Assembly: GCA_964505635.1 (NCBI GenBank)
Contig: CAZDIP010000002.1
Span: forward strand, 37,736 to 101,735
Reading direction: 5' to 3'
DNA: 64,000 nucleotides
From: an uncultured Candidatus Saccharibacteria bacterium
GTDB taxonomy: Bacteria; Patescibacteriota; Doudnabacteria; UBA920
Part shown: piece after piece, positions 19,339-27,484 of the stretch
How the letters are laid out: each line of letters starts with the position of its first letter
Position numbering within the stretch: position 1 is the first letter of the stretch
Notes under the pieces: model-generated
Seen by the model: only the letters and a program-made list of their open reading frames with translations
Told to the model about the DNA's origin: nothing
The model's database searches: none
Translations under genes and position numbers: made by a program

Positions 19339-20181
19339 TTATTCTGCTGTGGGGGTGCTAGTTACACCATTTACTTCTACCCACAAATCACAGCCAAAAA
19401 TTTTGTGTTCGTTCTCTATTGGCTGAGTATATTCAGACGGATTAGCTTCCGGATTAACACCTTTTACAAAGTTTTCCCAATCCTGAGCGCAGTAGCCGCC
19501 AAAGCACGGCACAGCCAGGTCTATTACCCAGTTGTCAGTTGTGTCATTTGGTTTAGACACAGTTCCGCCGACATCTGTCCAATCAATTGTCTGATTTTGT
19601 GCATCCAATACCCAAGGTTTATGGAAAGACGCCAATGCTCCATCTTCGTAAGTTAAAGGTTCTCTGGAAACAATTTCAGAATGCTTGGACAAATACGGGC
19701 AAAGATTTGGTAAAACACCCCAAACCGCCTGAGAAAGTTCAGCATTTTCAGTTGGGGTTACAGGTCTTGTACCGCAATCAACATAGACATTATCTGCCTG
19801 TTCAACTGTTTCTGTGGCTGGATTATCACCAAACTTTATATGACCTGTCGCAGTGTATTCATGTCCATAAAAAGTCTGTCCATCCGGGCTGGTCAAAGCA
19901 CATTTTGGCTTTTGGCGGATAAAATAACTTACCGTGTCAACTCGATTTTGGTCATCAGCCAAAAACGAACCTGACAAAGTCACAGCTAAAGGCTTTTCCA
20001 GTTTTTCCTGCGGAAAAACCGTGCCGAATTCTATAAAATCAATCGGCACATTCAAAGCATTTTCTATCCTGGCCGTTACGTTTATAACGTGCGCTTCAAA
20101 AGCGCTGAAGGCCGCGGCGCCGGCGACTATTACGCCCAAGGTACCTAGCGAAAGTGTAATTCTATTTAGTATTTTTTTCAT
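19339..20181 (-). CDS. Secreted paralogue of the vWA protein N-domain (SipW-cognate-like signal, no vWA domain)
   Basis: 280 aa; N-terminal about 60 aa nearly identical to the 17690-19126 product; conserved YFIRQKPKCA, VPCFGGYCAQDW, TQPIENEHKIFGCDLWVEV. Confidence 0.7.
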   Translation of the reverse strand: MKKILNRITLSLGTLGVIVAGAAAFSAFEAHVINVTARIENALNVPIDFIEFGTVFPQEKLEKPLAVTLSGSFLADDQNRVDTVSYFIRQKPKCALTSPDGQTFYGHEYTATGHIKFGDNPATETVEQADNVYVDCGTRPVTPTENAELSQAVWGVLPNLCPYLSKHSEIVSREPLTYEDGALASFHKPWVLDAQNQTIDWTDVGGTVSKPNDTTDNWVIDLAVPCFGGYCAQDWENFVKGVNPEANPSEYTQPIENEHKIFGCDLWVEVNGVTSTPTAE

Positions 20182-20699
20182 AGTTATTCCCTCCGCATAA
20201 ACATTTTACAAATGCTAAATGTTTATGGGATTAATTATTTTTTCTTTTACTTTAATGTTCGGTGCCCAAAAATTGGAACTATTGCGCCCCCCTCTTGGAA
20301 GCACATCCCCTTGCTCCCAAGATGGGGGCCTGGGAACATTAAAATTATGCATTACTGCCGCTTGGCGGCCTCGACCTTTTTAATGCATGCCCTTTCCCAT
20401 AAAGATTTAAAATTTATGGTTTATGGAAAAAAGCGCAAATTAAAAAACCAAGCTAAAAGCTTGGGTCCTACATAGGGCTCAGGTTGTGTTTTAAACAATG
20501 TCCCTGAATTGGTTTCATAAGTTTTGTTTTGGTAAATAAAAAAGTCATTTTTTTCAAAATGGCCCGGAAATGACTATAAAATTTTGTTTTTATTATCCAC
20601 TACCAGTATAGTCAGCCATTTATTCAAACGCAAGTCAATTTTTTCCCTTAATTTTAAGGCGCTATGTGGATAATCTGTTGAGTATAAAGAGGTTTAATT

Positions 20700-20744
20700 G
20701 GGGAAAAACAGCCTGCTGCTTCCCTGCCTAAAAACAGCAGGCTG
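20700..20744 (-). terminator. Rho-independent terminator (10-bp stem CAGCCTGCTG/CAGCAGGCTG + T-run on the minus strand)
   Basis: Lies downstream of the minus-strand PEP-CTERM gene 20963-21529. Confidence 0.6.
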
Positions 20745-20962
20745 CCAAAACCCGAGAATTAGCTCTAAAAACCGTAAATACTAGTTATTTTCTTCATTAC
20801 TGTTACAATTAATCCTATTTAATAAATCGTTTAATGCTTGCATGCATTATATAACGCGTAATAAATAAAAATGTTGCTCTTAAATTTTTATGTACAAAGA
20901 AAAGCGGCCCACACCCCCGAAAGGATGTGAGCCGCCGCCGTGTTCGCCCGGTTAGGGGCGCT

Positions 20963-21529
20963 TTAGGCTTGGTTGTTGCGATTGCTGCGAAGTCGCCCGA
21001 TCGCGATCAGCGAGAGGCCGATGAAGGCGAGCGCGGCGGTGTAGGGTTCAGGAACATCTTGATCTGGTACCCTATCGCCATACAAACGAAACTGCATGTT
21101 CGCGTTGGCGTTGGTTGCAGTACCAGCAAAAACAGCCGAAACCGCAACATTGAAGTTGCTTTGGAAATTGGCCACATAGTCAACCACCGAGATGGCGATT
21201 TGACCTGTTGATCCGTTGAGCGGCCGGTTCACATCGTTGACCACGAGACCGCTCAAATCCCACGGCAGCAATGGCGAATCCAGAGCGAAGGTCGCTGACC
21301 CGGGCGGATTGAAGGGGTCATATGTCACATCCAACGCGTAGTTGAGCTCAATGGTCAAATTCGTAAACCCGACCGCTGAACCCAGCCCGGTGCAAGTCGT
21401 TGAACCATTCGGAGGCACGTTGGTAGCTGTGCAGGAAGACGACGAGATCATCGCTCCTTGCGCCGGAAGAGCAAGTGTCGCGACGGCCATGAGAAGGCCC
21501 GCGAGAAACGAACACACTTTCTTACGCAA
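20963..21529 (-). CDS. PEP-CTERM sorting-domain secreted protein (GC-rich)
   Basis: 188 aa; signal peptide; C-terminus VPEPYTAALAFIGLSLIAIGRLRSNRNNQA (PEP motif, transmembrane helix, basic tail); about 60% GC. Confidence 0.75.
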   Translation of the reverse strand: MRKKVCSFLAGLLMAVATLALPAQGAMISSSSCTATNVPPNGSTTCTGLGSAVGFTNLTIELNYALDVTYDPFNPPGSATFALDSPLLPWDLSGLVVNDVNRPLNGSTGQIAISVVDYVANFQSNFNVAVSAVFAGTATNANANMQFRLYGDRVPDQDVPEPYTAALAFIGLSLIAIGRLRSNRNNQA

Positions 21530-21630
21530 TCTTTTTTCCTCTTATATTTTTTTCACGAGCAAGCCATCAGCCTGCCCGACGAAACTTTGACCTAAGGGCA
21601 TGGATATCCATGTCTGCCCTCAAATCAAAA

Positions 21631-21660
21631 CAGTCGCCCGAAGGCGGCTGTTTTTGTTTG
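21631..21660. terminator. Bidirectional hairpin terminator (CAGTCGCC-CGAA-GGCGGCTG + T-run)
   Basis: Stem-loop flanked by A-runs and T-runs between the two minus-strand PEP-CTERM genes. Confidence 0.55.
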
Positions 21661-21859
21661 CGTATACATACTATAATATATTTTTTTAAAAAAAGCAAGT
21701 AGTTTGTATAAATTTTTATGGCTTATTTATGCCTTTTTAAAGGCTCACATGGACTGAGCCTTTAAAAAATCCAAAAAAAATAAAAGCAGCTCCCTAGAAT
21801 CCTTTGTCAGGACCTAAGGAGCCGCAGAGTGCGCTAGTCTGCCTTCTTGTTAGAAGACG

Positions 21860-22555
21860 CTAGCTATTACGGGTAGGGCGACGGAGCCGCCAGTGGGCTC
21901 CAAGAGCGAAAAGTGAAGCGCCGATAACGGCGAAAGTGCCGGGCTCCGGCACACCTTCGTCGTTTGGGGGTGGCACGGTGGCCACCACCGGCTGAGTTCC
22001 AAACCCCAGCGCCACGTACGTCAAAGTCGTGTCCACCGTTGCGCCTGGGATATTGTAAACCAACTGAACTGAGCCCTGAGCGAACGGGTTATGAGGCCCG
22101 TTCCCCAAAATGGATGCATTCCCGGTGTACACGCCGCCCGGGCCGGGTTGACCAATGAGCACATCGTCCGGTCCCGAAGACCCAAGCGCGGTCGTGAGAA
22201 ACCCAGGCCCGGACTGGTACCAGTCCGGATTTCCCAAGACAACGACGAAGGTGCCATCGCTGGCTACGTCTATCATGGTACCAGTGACAGACGAGAGCGT
22301 GCCCACCAGGCCGCCCAAGACCGTGAAGTTCAGTTGCGAAACGCCGCCCATGACGCTGGGCGGATCAGCCAAGTTGTTCGTCAACGACAACGTCAACGTG
22401 TTCGCGCTGAACGTGTAGTTGATTGTCACGTCCTGCGCCTGCCCACCGACCGTTTGGGTGAAGTTGATCGTTGCCGCCTGTGCCGGCAAAGACGCCAGCA
22501 ACAGGAAGACGATGATTACGGCCATCGCCAGCCGCTTGCCCTTATGCTTTCGCAT
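21860..22555 (-). CDS. PEP-CTERM sorting-domain secreted protein (GC-rich)
   Basis: 231 aa; signal peptide MRKHKGKRLAMAVIIVFLLLASLPAQA; C-terminus VPEPGTFAVIGASLFALGAHWRLRRPTRNS. Confidence 0.75.
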   Translation of the reverse strand: MRKHKGKRLAMAVIIVFLLLASLPAQAATINFTQTVGGQAQDVTINYTFSANTLTLSLTNNLADPPSVMGGVSQLNFTVLGGLVGTLSSVTGTMIDVASDGTFVVVLGNPDWYQSGPGFLTTALGSSGPDDVLIGQPGPGGVYTGNASILGNGPHNPFAQGSVQLVYNIPGATVDTTLTYVALGFGTQPVVATVPPPNDEGVPEPGTFAVIGASLFALGAHWRLRRPTRNS

Positions 22556-22852
22556 TAGGCCTCCTTCAAACTAACACGATTTGCCGCTTGCCTCCGGGCA
22601 GACTCGAGTTCTGCATACCCTGCCCAGAAGGCAAACAAAAGCTGCCTCTTGTTAGAAAACAGCCTTAAAGCATGTAAATTATACATAATTATAAACAAAA
22701 AATCAATCCTTGCCTTGACTAAGCGGCTCACATAAGTTACAATATAACGTTCAAAAAGGAGGAAACTAGCGAAATCTAGGAACTCGTTTTTGTCGTTCTG
22801 CCCCGCAGCGAGCAGGGCATACCAGAAACCAGAAAAAACAGGAGACACTCAA

Positions 22853-23686
22853 ATGAAGGCTTTTGCCTTTTTTATTTCTGTACTCGCGCTGGCGGTCACG
22901 CTCAGTGCTGCGCCTACAATCATGGTGGAAACCACCCTGGCACCCAATGCGTTTGGAAGCCCAAGCTATCCGGCCTGGGAAACCAACGCGGTCAACGCTA
23001 TGATTGGCGGCCTTACGAGCAATGGGACACCCGGCACCCCCACGTACTTCCAAACCCTGGGAGGACCCGTTCCGGCCTCCTGGTTGACTGTGACGTCCTT
23101 CCCATCCTGGCTCGGAACCGCCGACCCAGGAACTACCTTCGGACCGGCATTTGCAAGTGAACTCGGTAACAGAGGCGCGTTCCCACTCTACATCAACGGC
23201 AACGGAACACAATTCTCCATCAGCCAGCTCGCCTTCAACGCATTCAGCACCGACCCCGGCAATCTGCTCGGGTTCAGCTTTGCGGTTGGTTCGTACAACT
23301 ACGGAACTGGCTACGTCGGTATTCTGAAGGGTGGTGACAACACCCTCGGAACCGGTGACGACACCTTCATTACCGCCGGTCCCAATACGCAGATGGTCGA
23401 TGCACTTGCCGGAAGGGGAAGCGGCAACGCGCTCTGGCCGTGTGGACCGGGGGATCTCTCCCCCTGCGCCACAACCGCGGAACGCCAAGCTGCAATCGAT
23501 AGCATGGCAGCTAATATGGCAGGCTACTCCTTCACGGGCACCTACACGCTGATGGGTGCGACTGGCGGCGAGCTCGCAAGTGCGAGCGCAACCATCTACA
23601 CCGACGGAGAGGTTCCCGAGCCAGCCACTATGGGACTCATCGGTACCGCGCTCATCGGCCTCGCTCTGGTGCGCCGCCGCTCCTAA
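22853..23686 (+). CDS. PEP-CTERM sorting-domain secreted protein (GC-rich); start set at MKAFAFF, which is preceded by AGGAG
   Basis: Signal peptide MKAFAFFISVLALAVTLSAAP; C-terminus VPEPATMGLIGTALIGLALVRRRS; the ORF track's longer ORF begins at 22790. Confidence 0.75.
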   Translation: MKAFAFFISVLALAVTLSAAPTIMVETTLAPNAFGSPSYPAWETNAVNAMIGGLTSNGTPGTPTYFQTLGGPVPASWLTVTSFPSWLGTADPGTTFGPAFASELGNRGAFPLYINGNGTQFSISQLAFNAFSTDPGNLLGFSFAVGSYNYGTGYVGILKGGDNTLGTGDDTFITAGPNTQMVDALAGRGSGNALWPCGPGDLSPCATTAERQAAIDSMAANMAGYSFTGTYTLMGATGGELASASATIYTDGEVPEPATMGLIGTALIGLALVRRRS

Positions 23687-23795
23687 GCTGCATCAACGGA
23701 GATTTCGCTCAACCAACACAAAAGGCCGGACGCCCAACAAGCGCCCGGCCTTTTTACAACAAACAACACACAAAGAACAAAGCCACCCTTTCCCC

Positions 23796-23823
23796 CACTA
23801 TATTACTAGATAGTAATATAGTG
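23796..23823. repeat. 28-bp perfect palindrome (copy 2 of 3), abutting the stop codon of the YerC-like gene
   Basis: Identical to 19168-19195. Confidence 0.9.
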
Positions 23824-24315
23824 CTATTGATCCAACATCTTCTTTGCCGAATTTTCCGAATATTTTTTTAAAAGCTTTTTGTCCAAAGCTGCTATCCCCG
23901 CCTTTAACAAAACGCCGGCTACTGTCTTACGCTTCGTTTTGTTTAAAACTGGATTTTCAAAACTCTTTATAATTTCTCTTTGCTTTTTTAACTTAGCTCC
24001 GGCTAAACGTTCTAGGCTTTCATAAGCCTTACGTAGACCGTCGCCTTTTTCCATTAGAATATTATTAATTTTAGCGACTGTGCTGGGTGTAACTTTTACT
24101 TCTTGTTGAATTTGTTCGTAACTCTGGCCGCTTAAAAGCCTGTGGGAAATTTCCAAACGTTTAGCGAACATTTTATATTCCGTATGAGTAAATAAATCCT
24201 TAAACAACAACCTAATATCTTCTTTACTGTTTAATACAGTAAAAACCGCCCATAAATTGTTTATATACAGGCCAAATTCTTTGGGATCCAATTTTCTCCT
24301 GGAAATTTTTGTCAT
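23824..24315 (-). CDS. TrpR/YerC/YecD-like DNA-binding protein with C-terminal extension
   Basis: 163 aa; LFKDLFTHTEYKMFAKRLEISHRLLSGQSYEQIQQEVKVTPSTVAKINNIL matches the Trp-repressor-like YerC/YecD helix-turn-helix pattern; ORF bracketed within 1-2 nt by palindrome copies 2 and 3. Confidence 0.6.
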   Translation of the reverse strand: MTKISRRKLDPKEFGLYINNLWAVFTVLNSKEDIRLLFKDLFTHTEYKMFAKRLEISHRLLSGQSYEQIQQEVKVTPSTVAKINNILMEKGDGLRKAYESLERLAGAKLKKQREIIKSFENPVLNKTKRKTVAGVLLKAGIAALDKKLLKKYSENSAKKMLDQ

Positions 24316-24317
24316 AC

Positions 24318-24345
24318 CACTATATTACTAGATAGTAATATAGTG
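24318..24345. repeat. 28-bp perfect palindrome (copy 3 of 3), 2 nt upstream of the YerC-like start codon
   Basis: Identical to 19168-19195. Confidence 0.9.
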
Positions 24346-24437
24346 TCAAGCTTCAAGCCTATGTAATATGTGCAGCAAATCGGAAAACTAAAACACCGTC
24401 TTTCAGACAATGCTAAACGGTGTTTTGGCTTTAACGC

Positions 24438-27293
24438 TTATAAAATCTTTTTTAAATACTGCCCGGTGTAACTGGCTTTAACTTTGGCCACGTCTTCGGG
24501 CGTGCCTATTGCCACCAGCTCCCCGCCCTTGTCCCCGCCTTCGGGGCCTAAGTCTATTAGCCAGTCCGCGGTTTTAATCATATCCAAATTATGTTCAATT
24601 ACGACCACGCTGTTGCCTTTGTCCACCAATTTGTTTAAAACATGCACCAGGCGTTTAACGTCCGCAAAGTGCAGCCCGGTAGTCGGCTCGTCCAGCAAAT
24701 ACAAAGTCCGACCCGTGCTGGCGCGCGAAAGTTCGGTGGCCAATTTAATCCTCTGCGCTTCCCCGCCGGACAAAGTCGTGGCATTTTGCCCAAGGCGCAT
24801 ATAGCCCAGCCCCACCTGCGACAAAGTTTCCAATTTTCTATAAAGCAAAGGCAGGCTGGCAAAAAAAGCCTTGGCTTCGTCCACGGTCATTTCCAAAACA
24901 TCGGAAATGGTTTTGCCTTTATAATGGATTTCCAAAGCCTCGCGGTTATAACGCTTGCCGTTGCAGTCTTCGCAGGTTATGTAAACGTCGGGCAGAAAAT
25001 TCATCTCTACTTTTATTACCCCGTCGCCAGCGCACTTTTCACACCTGCCGCCTTTGACATTAAAGCTAAAGCGCCCCGCCTGATAGCCGCGCATTTTAGC
25101 TTCTTTGGTTTCCGCATACAGCTCGCGGATAGGTGTAAATAAACCCGTGTAGGTAGCCGGGTTGGAACGCGGCGTGCGGCCTATGGGACTTTGGTCTATG
25201 TTAATAACCTTGTCTAAATGGTCTATGCCCAAAAGTTTTTTGTGCCTGCCCGGTTCTTCCTTGCTGTTATAAAAATATTTATACAGCGCCCGAGCCAAAA
25301 TGTCGTTAAACAAAGTAGACTTGCCCGAGCCGGAAACGCCGGTTACGCACACCAGCTTGCCCAAAGGGATTTCCACATTTAAATTTTTTAGGTTAAATTC
25401 TTCGGCGCCGAAAATCTGCAATTTTTTACCGTTGCCGGGGCGGCGGCGCTTGGGAGTTTCTATAAATTCCTTGCCGGACAAATACTGACCGGTCAAACTT
25501 TTTTGGCTTTTTTCTATGTCTTTGGGGCTGCCCTCAGCCACCAGTTCACCGCCATGCTTGCCCGCACCCGGGCCTATGTCTACCACCCAGTCCGCTTCCC
25601 GAATAGTTTCCTCATCATGCTCCACCACAATTACGGTATTACCCAAATCCCTTAAATCTTTTAAAGTTTTTAGCAATTTGCCGTTATCGCGCTGGTGCAG
25701 CCCAATGGAGGGCTCGTCTAAAATATAGAGCACGCCGGTTAAACCGCTGCCAATTTGAGTCGCAAGGCGTATGCGCTGCGCTTCCCCGCCTGACAAAGTG
25801 TCCGCGGTTCTGTCCAAAGACAAATAGGACAAGCCTACGTTTAGCAAAAACGACAAACGCGCGTTGATTTCCTTTAAAACCTGTTTGGCAATGCTTAAAT
25901 CCTTTTGCGAAAGTTTTTTTACAAGCTCTTCAAAAAATTTAAACGCCGCTTCTATGCTCTGGCCGGAAACTTCCACAATACCCTTGTCTCCCACGGTCAC
26001 GGCCAAAACTTCCGGCTTTAGCCTTTTGCCCTGGCAGGTTTGGCACTGGCGGACGCGCATATAATTTTCTATTTCTCCGCGCATATATTCGGAATCGGTC
26101 TCGCGGTAACGCCGCTCTAAATTTGGGATTACGCCTTCAAACACGGTGTTCATTTCAAACTCTCCGTCTCCGCTGCGAAACTCGCCGGATACGCGGATCT
26201 TTTTTTCCCCGGTACCGCGCAAAACCACCTCCAAAAATTTTTTTGGCAAATCTTTCACCGGCGTATTAACCGAAAACCCATACTCTTTCGCCACGGCTTC
26301 CAAAATCCTGGCATACCACGACAAACGGGAAGTAGTTTTGCTCCAGGGCCTGACCGCGCCTTCCGCCAAAGTCAATTTTTGGTTAGGGATTACCAAATCC
26401 GGCTCCACTGTCAGCTTGGTGCCCAGACCCTTGCAGTCTGTGCAGGCGCCATGGGGACTGTTAAAGGAAAAATCCCTCGGATCAAGCTCGGATAACTGGA
26501 TGTGGCCGTCCGGACAGGCAAAATGCTGGGAAAGCACCACGTCCGAAAAATTATTTTTCTCTTCCATTCTAACGGCATACACCACCCCGTCGCCCAAATC
26601 CAAAGCTTTTTCCAGACTCTCGCTAATCCTGCCCCGGTCTTCCTTGCTCACCAAAAGCCTGTCCACCACCACCTCTATAGAATGCTTCTTTTGCTTGTCC
26701 AGACGCAAATTCTGAGCCTCGTTTAAATCCATAACCGTGCCATCCACCCTGACCCGGGCAAAGCCCGCCTTTTTTACCTGCTCAAAAATATGCCTGTGTT
26801 CGCCTTTCTGGTCTTTTATAAAAGGCGCCAAAAGCATGAGTTTGGTGTTTAGAGGCAAATTTAAAAGTTGATCCACCATGGCGGAAATGGTTTGGCCCTG
26901 GATTTTTTTGCCGCAAACCGGGCAATGAGGCACGCCAATGCGCGCCCACAAAAGCCTCATGTAGTCGTAAATTTCAGTGACCGTTCCCACCGTGCTGCGA
27001 GGATTGTGGCTGGCGGATTTCTGGTCAATGGAAATAGCCGGCGAAAGGCCTTCTATTTTGTCCACGTCCGGCTTGTCCATAAGGCCTATAAACTGCCTTG
27101 CGTAGGCAGACAGGCTTTCCACATAACGGCGCTGGCCTTCGGCGTAAATGGTGTCAAAAGCCAATGAAGATTTGCCGCTGCCCGACAAACCGGTTAAAAC
27201 CACCAGCTTGTTTCTTGGCAAATCTACGTCAATATTTTTTAAATTATGCATCCGCGCTCCGCGGATGGAAATAACATCTTTCATAATTAACAC
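24438..27293 (-). CDS. uvrA: Excinuclease ABC subunit A
   Basis: 951 aa; two ABC ATPase modules ([27 protein letters not shown]), LSGGEAQRI signature repeated, zinc-finger Cys clusters. Confidence 0.97.
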   Translation of the reverse strand: MLIMKDVISIRGARMHNLKNIDVDLPRNKLVVLTGLSGSGKSSLAFDTIYAEGQRRYVESLSAYARQFIGLMDKPDVDKIEGLSPAISIDQKSASHNPRSTVGTVTEIYDYMRLLWARIGVPHCPVCGKKIQGQTISAMVDQLLNLPLNTKLMLLAPFIKDQKGEHRHIFEQVKKAGFARVRVDGTVMDLNEAQNLRLDKQKKHSIEVVVDRLLVSKEDRGRISESLEKALDLGDGVVYAVRMEEKNNFSDVVLSQHFACPDGHIQLSELDPRDFSFNSPHGACTDCKGLGTKLTVEPDLVIPNQKLTLAEGAVRPWSKTTSRLSWYARILEAVAKEYGFSVNTPVKDLPKKFLEVVLRGTGEKKIRVSGEFRSGDGEFEMNTVFEGVIPNLERRYRETDSEYMRGEIENYMRVRQCQTCQGKRLKPEVLAVTVGDKGIVEVSGQSIEAAFKFFEELVKKLSQKDLSIAKQVLKEINARLSFLLNVGLSYLSLDRTADTLSGGEAQRIRLATQIGSGLTGVLYILDEPSIGLHQRDNGKLLKTLKDLRDLGNTVIVVEHDEETIREADWVVDIGPGAGKHGGELVAEGSPKDIEKSQKSLTGQYLSGKEFIETPKRRRPGNGKKLQIFGAEEFNLKNLNVEIPLGKLVCVTGVSGSGKSTLFNDILARALYKYFYNSKEEPGRHKKLLGIDHLDKVINIDQSPIGRTPRSNPATYTGLFTPIRELYAETKEAKMRGYQAGRFSFNVKGGRCEKCAGDGVIKVEMNFLPDVYITCEDCNGKRYNREALEIHYKGKTISDVLEMTVDEAKAFFASLPLLYRKLETLSQVGLGYMRLGQNATTLSGGEAQRIKLATELSRASTGRTLYLLDEPTTGLHFADVKRLVHVLNKLVDKGNSVVVIEHNLDMIKTADWLIDLGPEGGDKGGELVAIGTPEDVAKVKASYTGQYLKKIL

Positions 27294-27484
27294 TTAAAAA
27301 ATCAAAATGGAAAATTTATGAAGTTTTTGCAAAATAACAACACCTAAATTTTTCATTTCTCTATTTCAATTTTGAATTTATAAACAAACTAGTGACCATT
27401 CTACCATAAAAGTCAAGAAGCTACAAGGCTATTGGCACAGGCAATAAAATAGACTCTCTTTACCGGCTCTTATATAATTATGTT

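Noticed and set aside
20196-20640. Inverted repeats in the 5' region of the 280-aa paralogue (CATAAACATTT…AAATGTTTATG; AAATGGC…TGACTATA / TATAGTCAGCCATTT) considered as a MITE
   Set aside because: Imperfect, single-copy in this window, and without target-site duplications. More simply interpreted as leader or operator secondary structure; noted here rather than called.
21964-23552. Several overlapping ORFs on both strands (22091-22558 +, 22021-22257 -, 22766-23488 -, 23331-23552 +) in the GC-rich island
   Set aside because: High GC inflates open frames. Only the three frames with signal peptide plus PEP-CTERM tail are coherent; the others are Arg/Pro/Gly-rich with no features.
24484-27167. 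Plus-strand ORFs within uvrA (for example 24642-25142, 26146-26715)
   Set aside because: Antisense to the 951-aa UvrA gene, which has both ABC modules intact.
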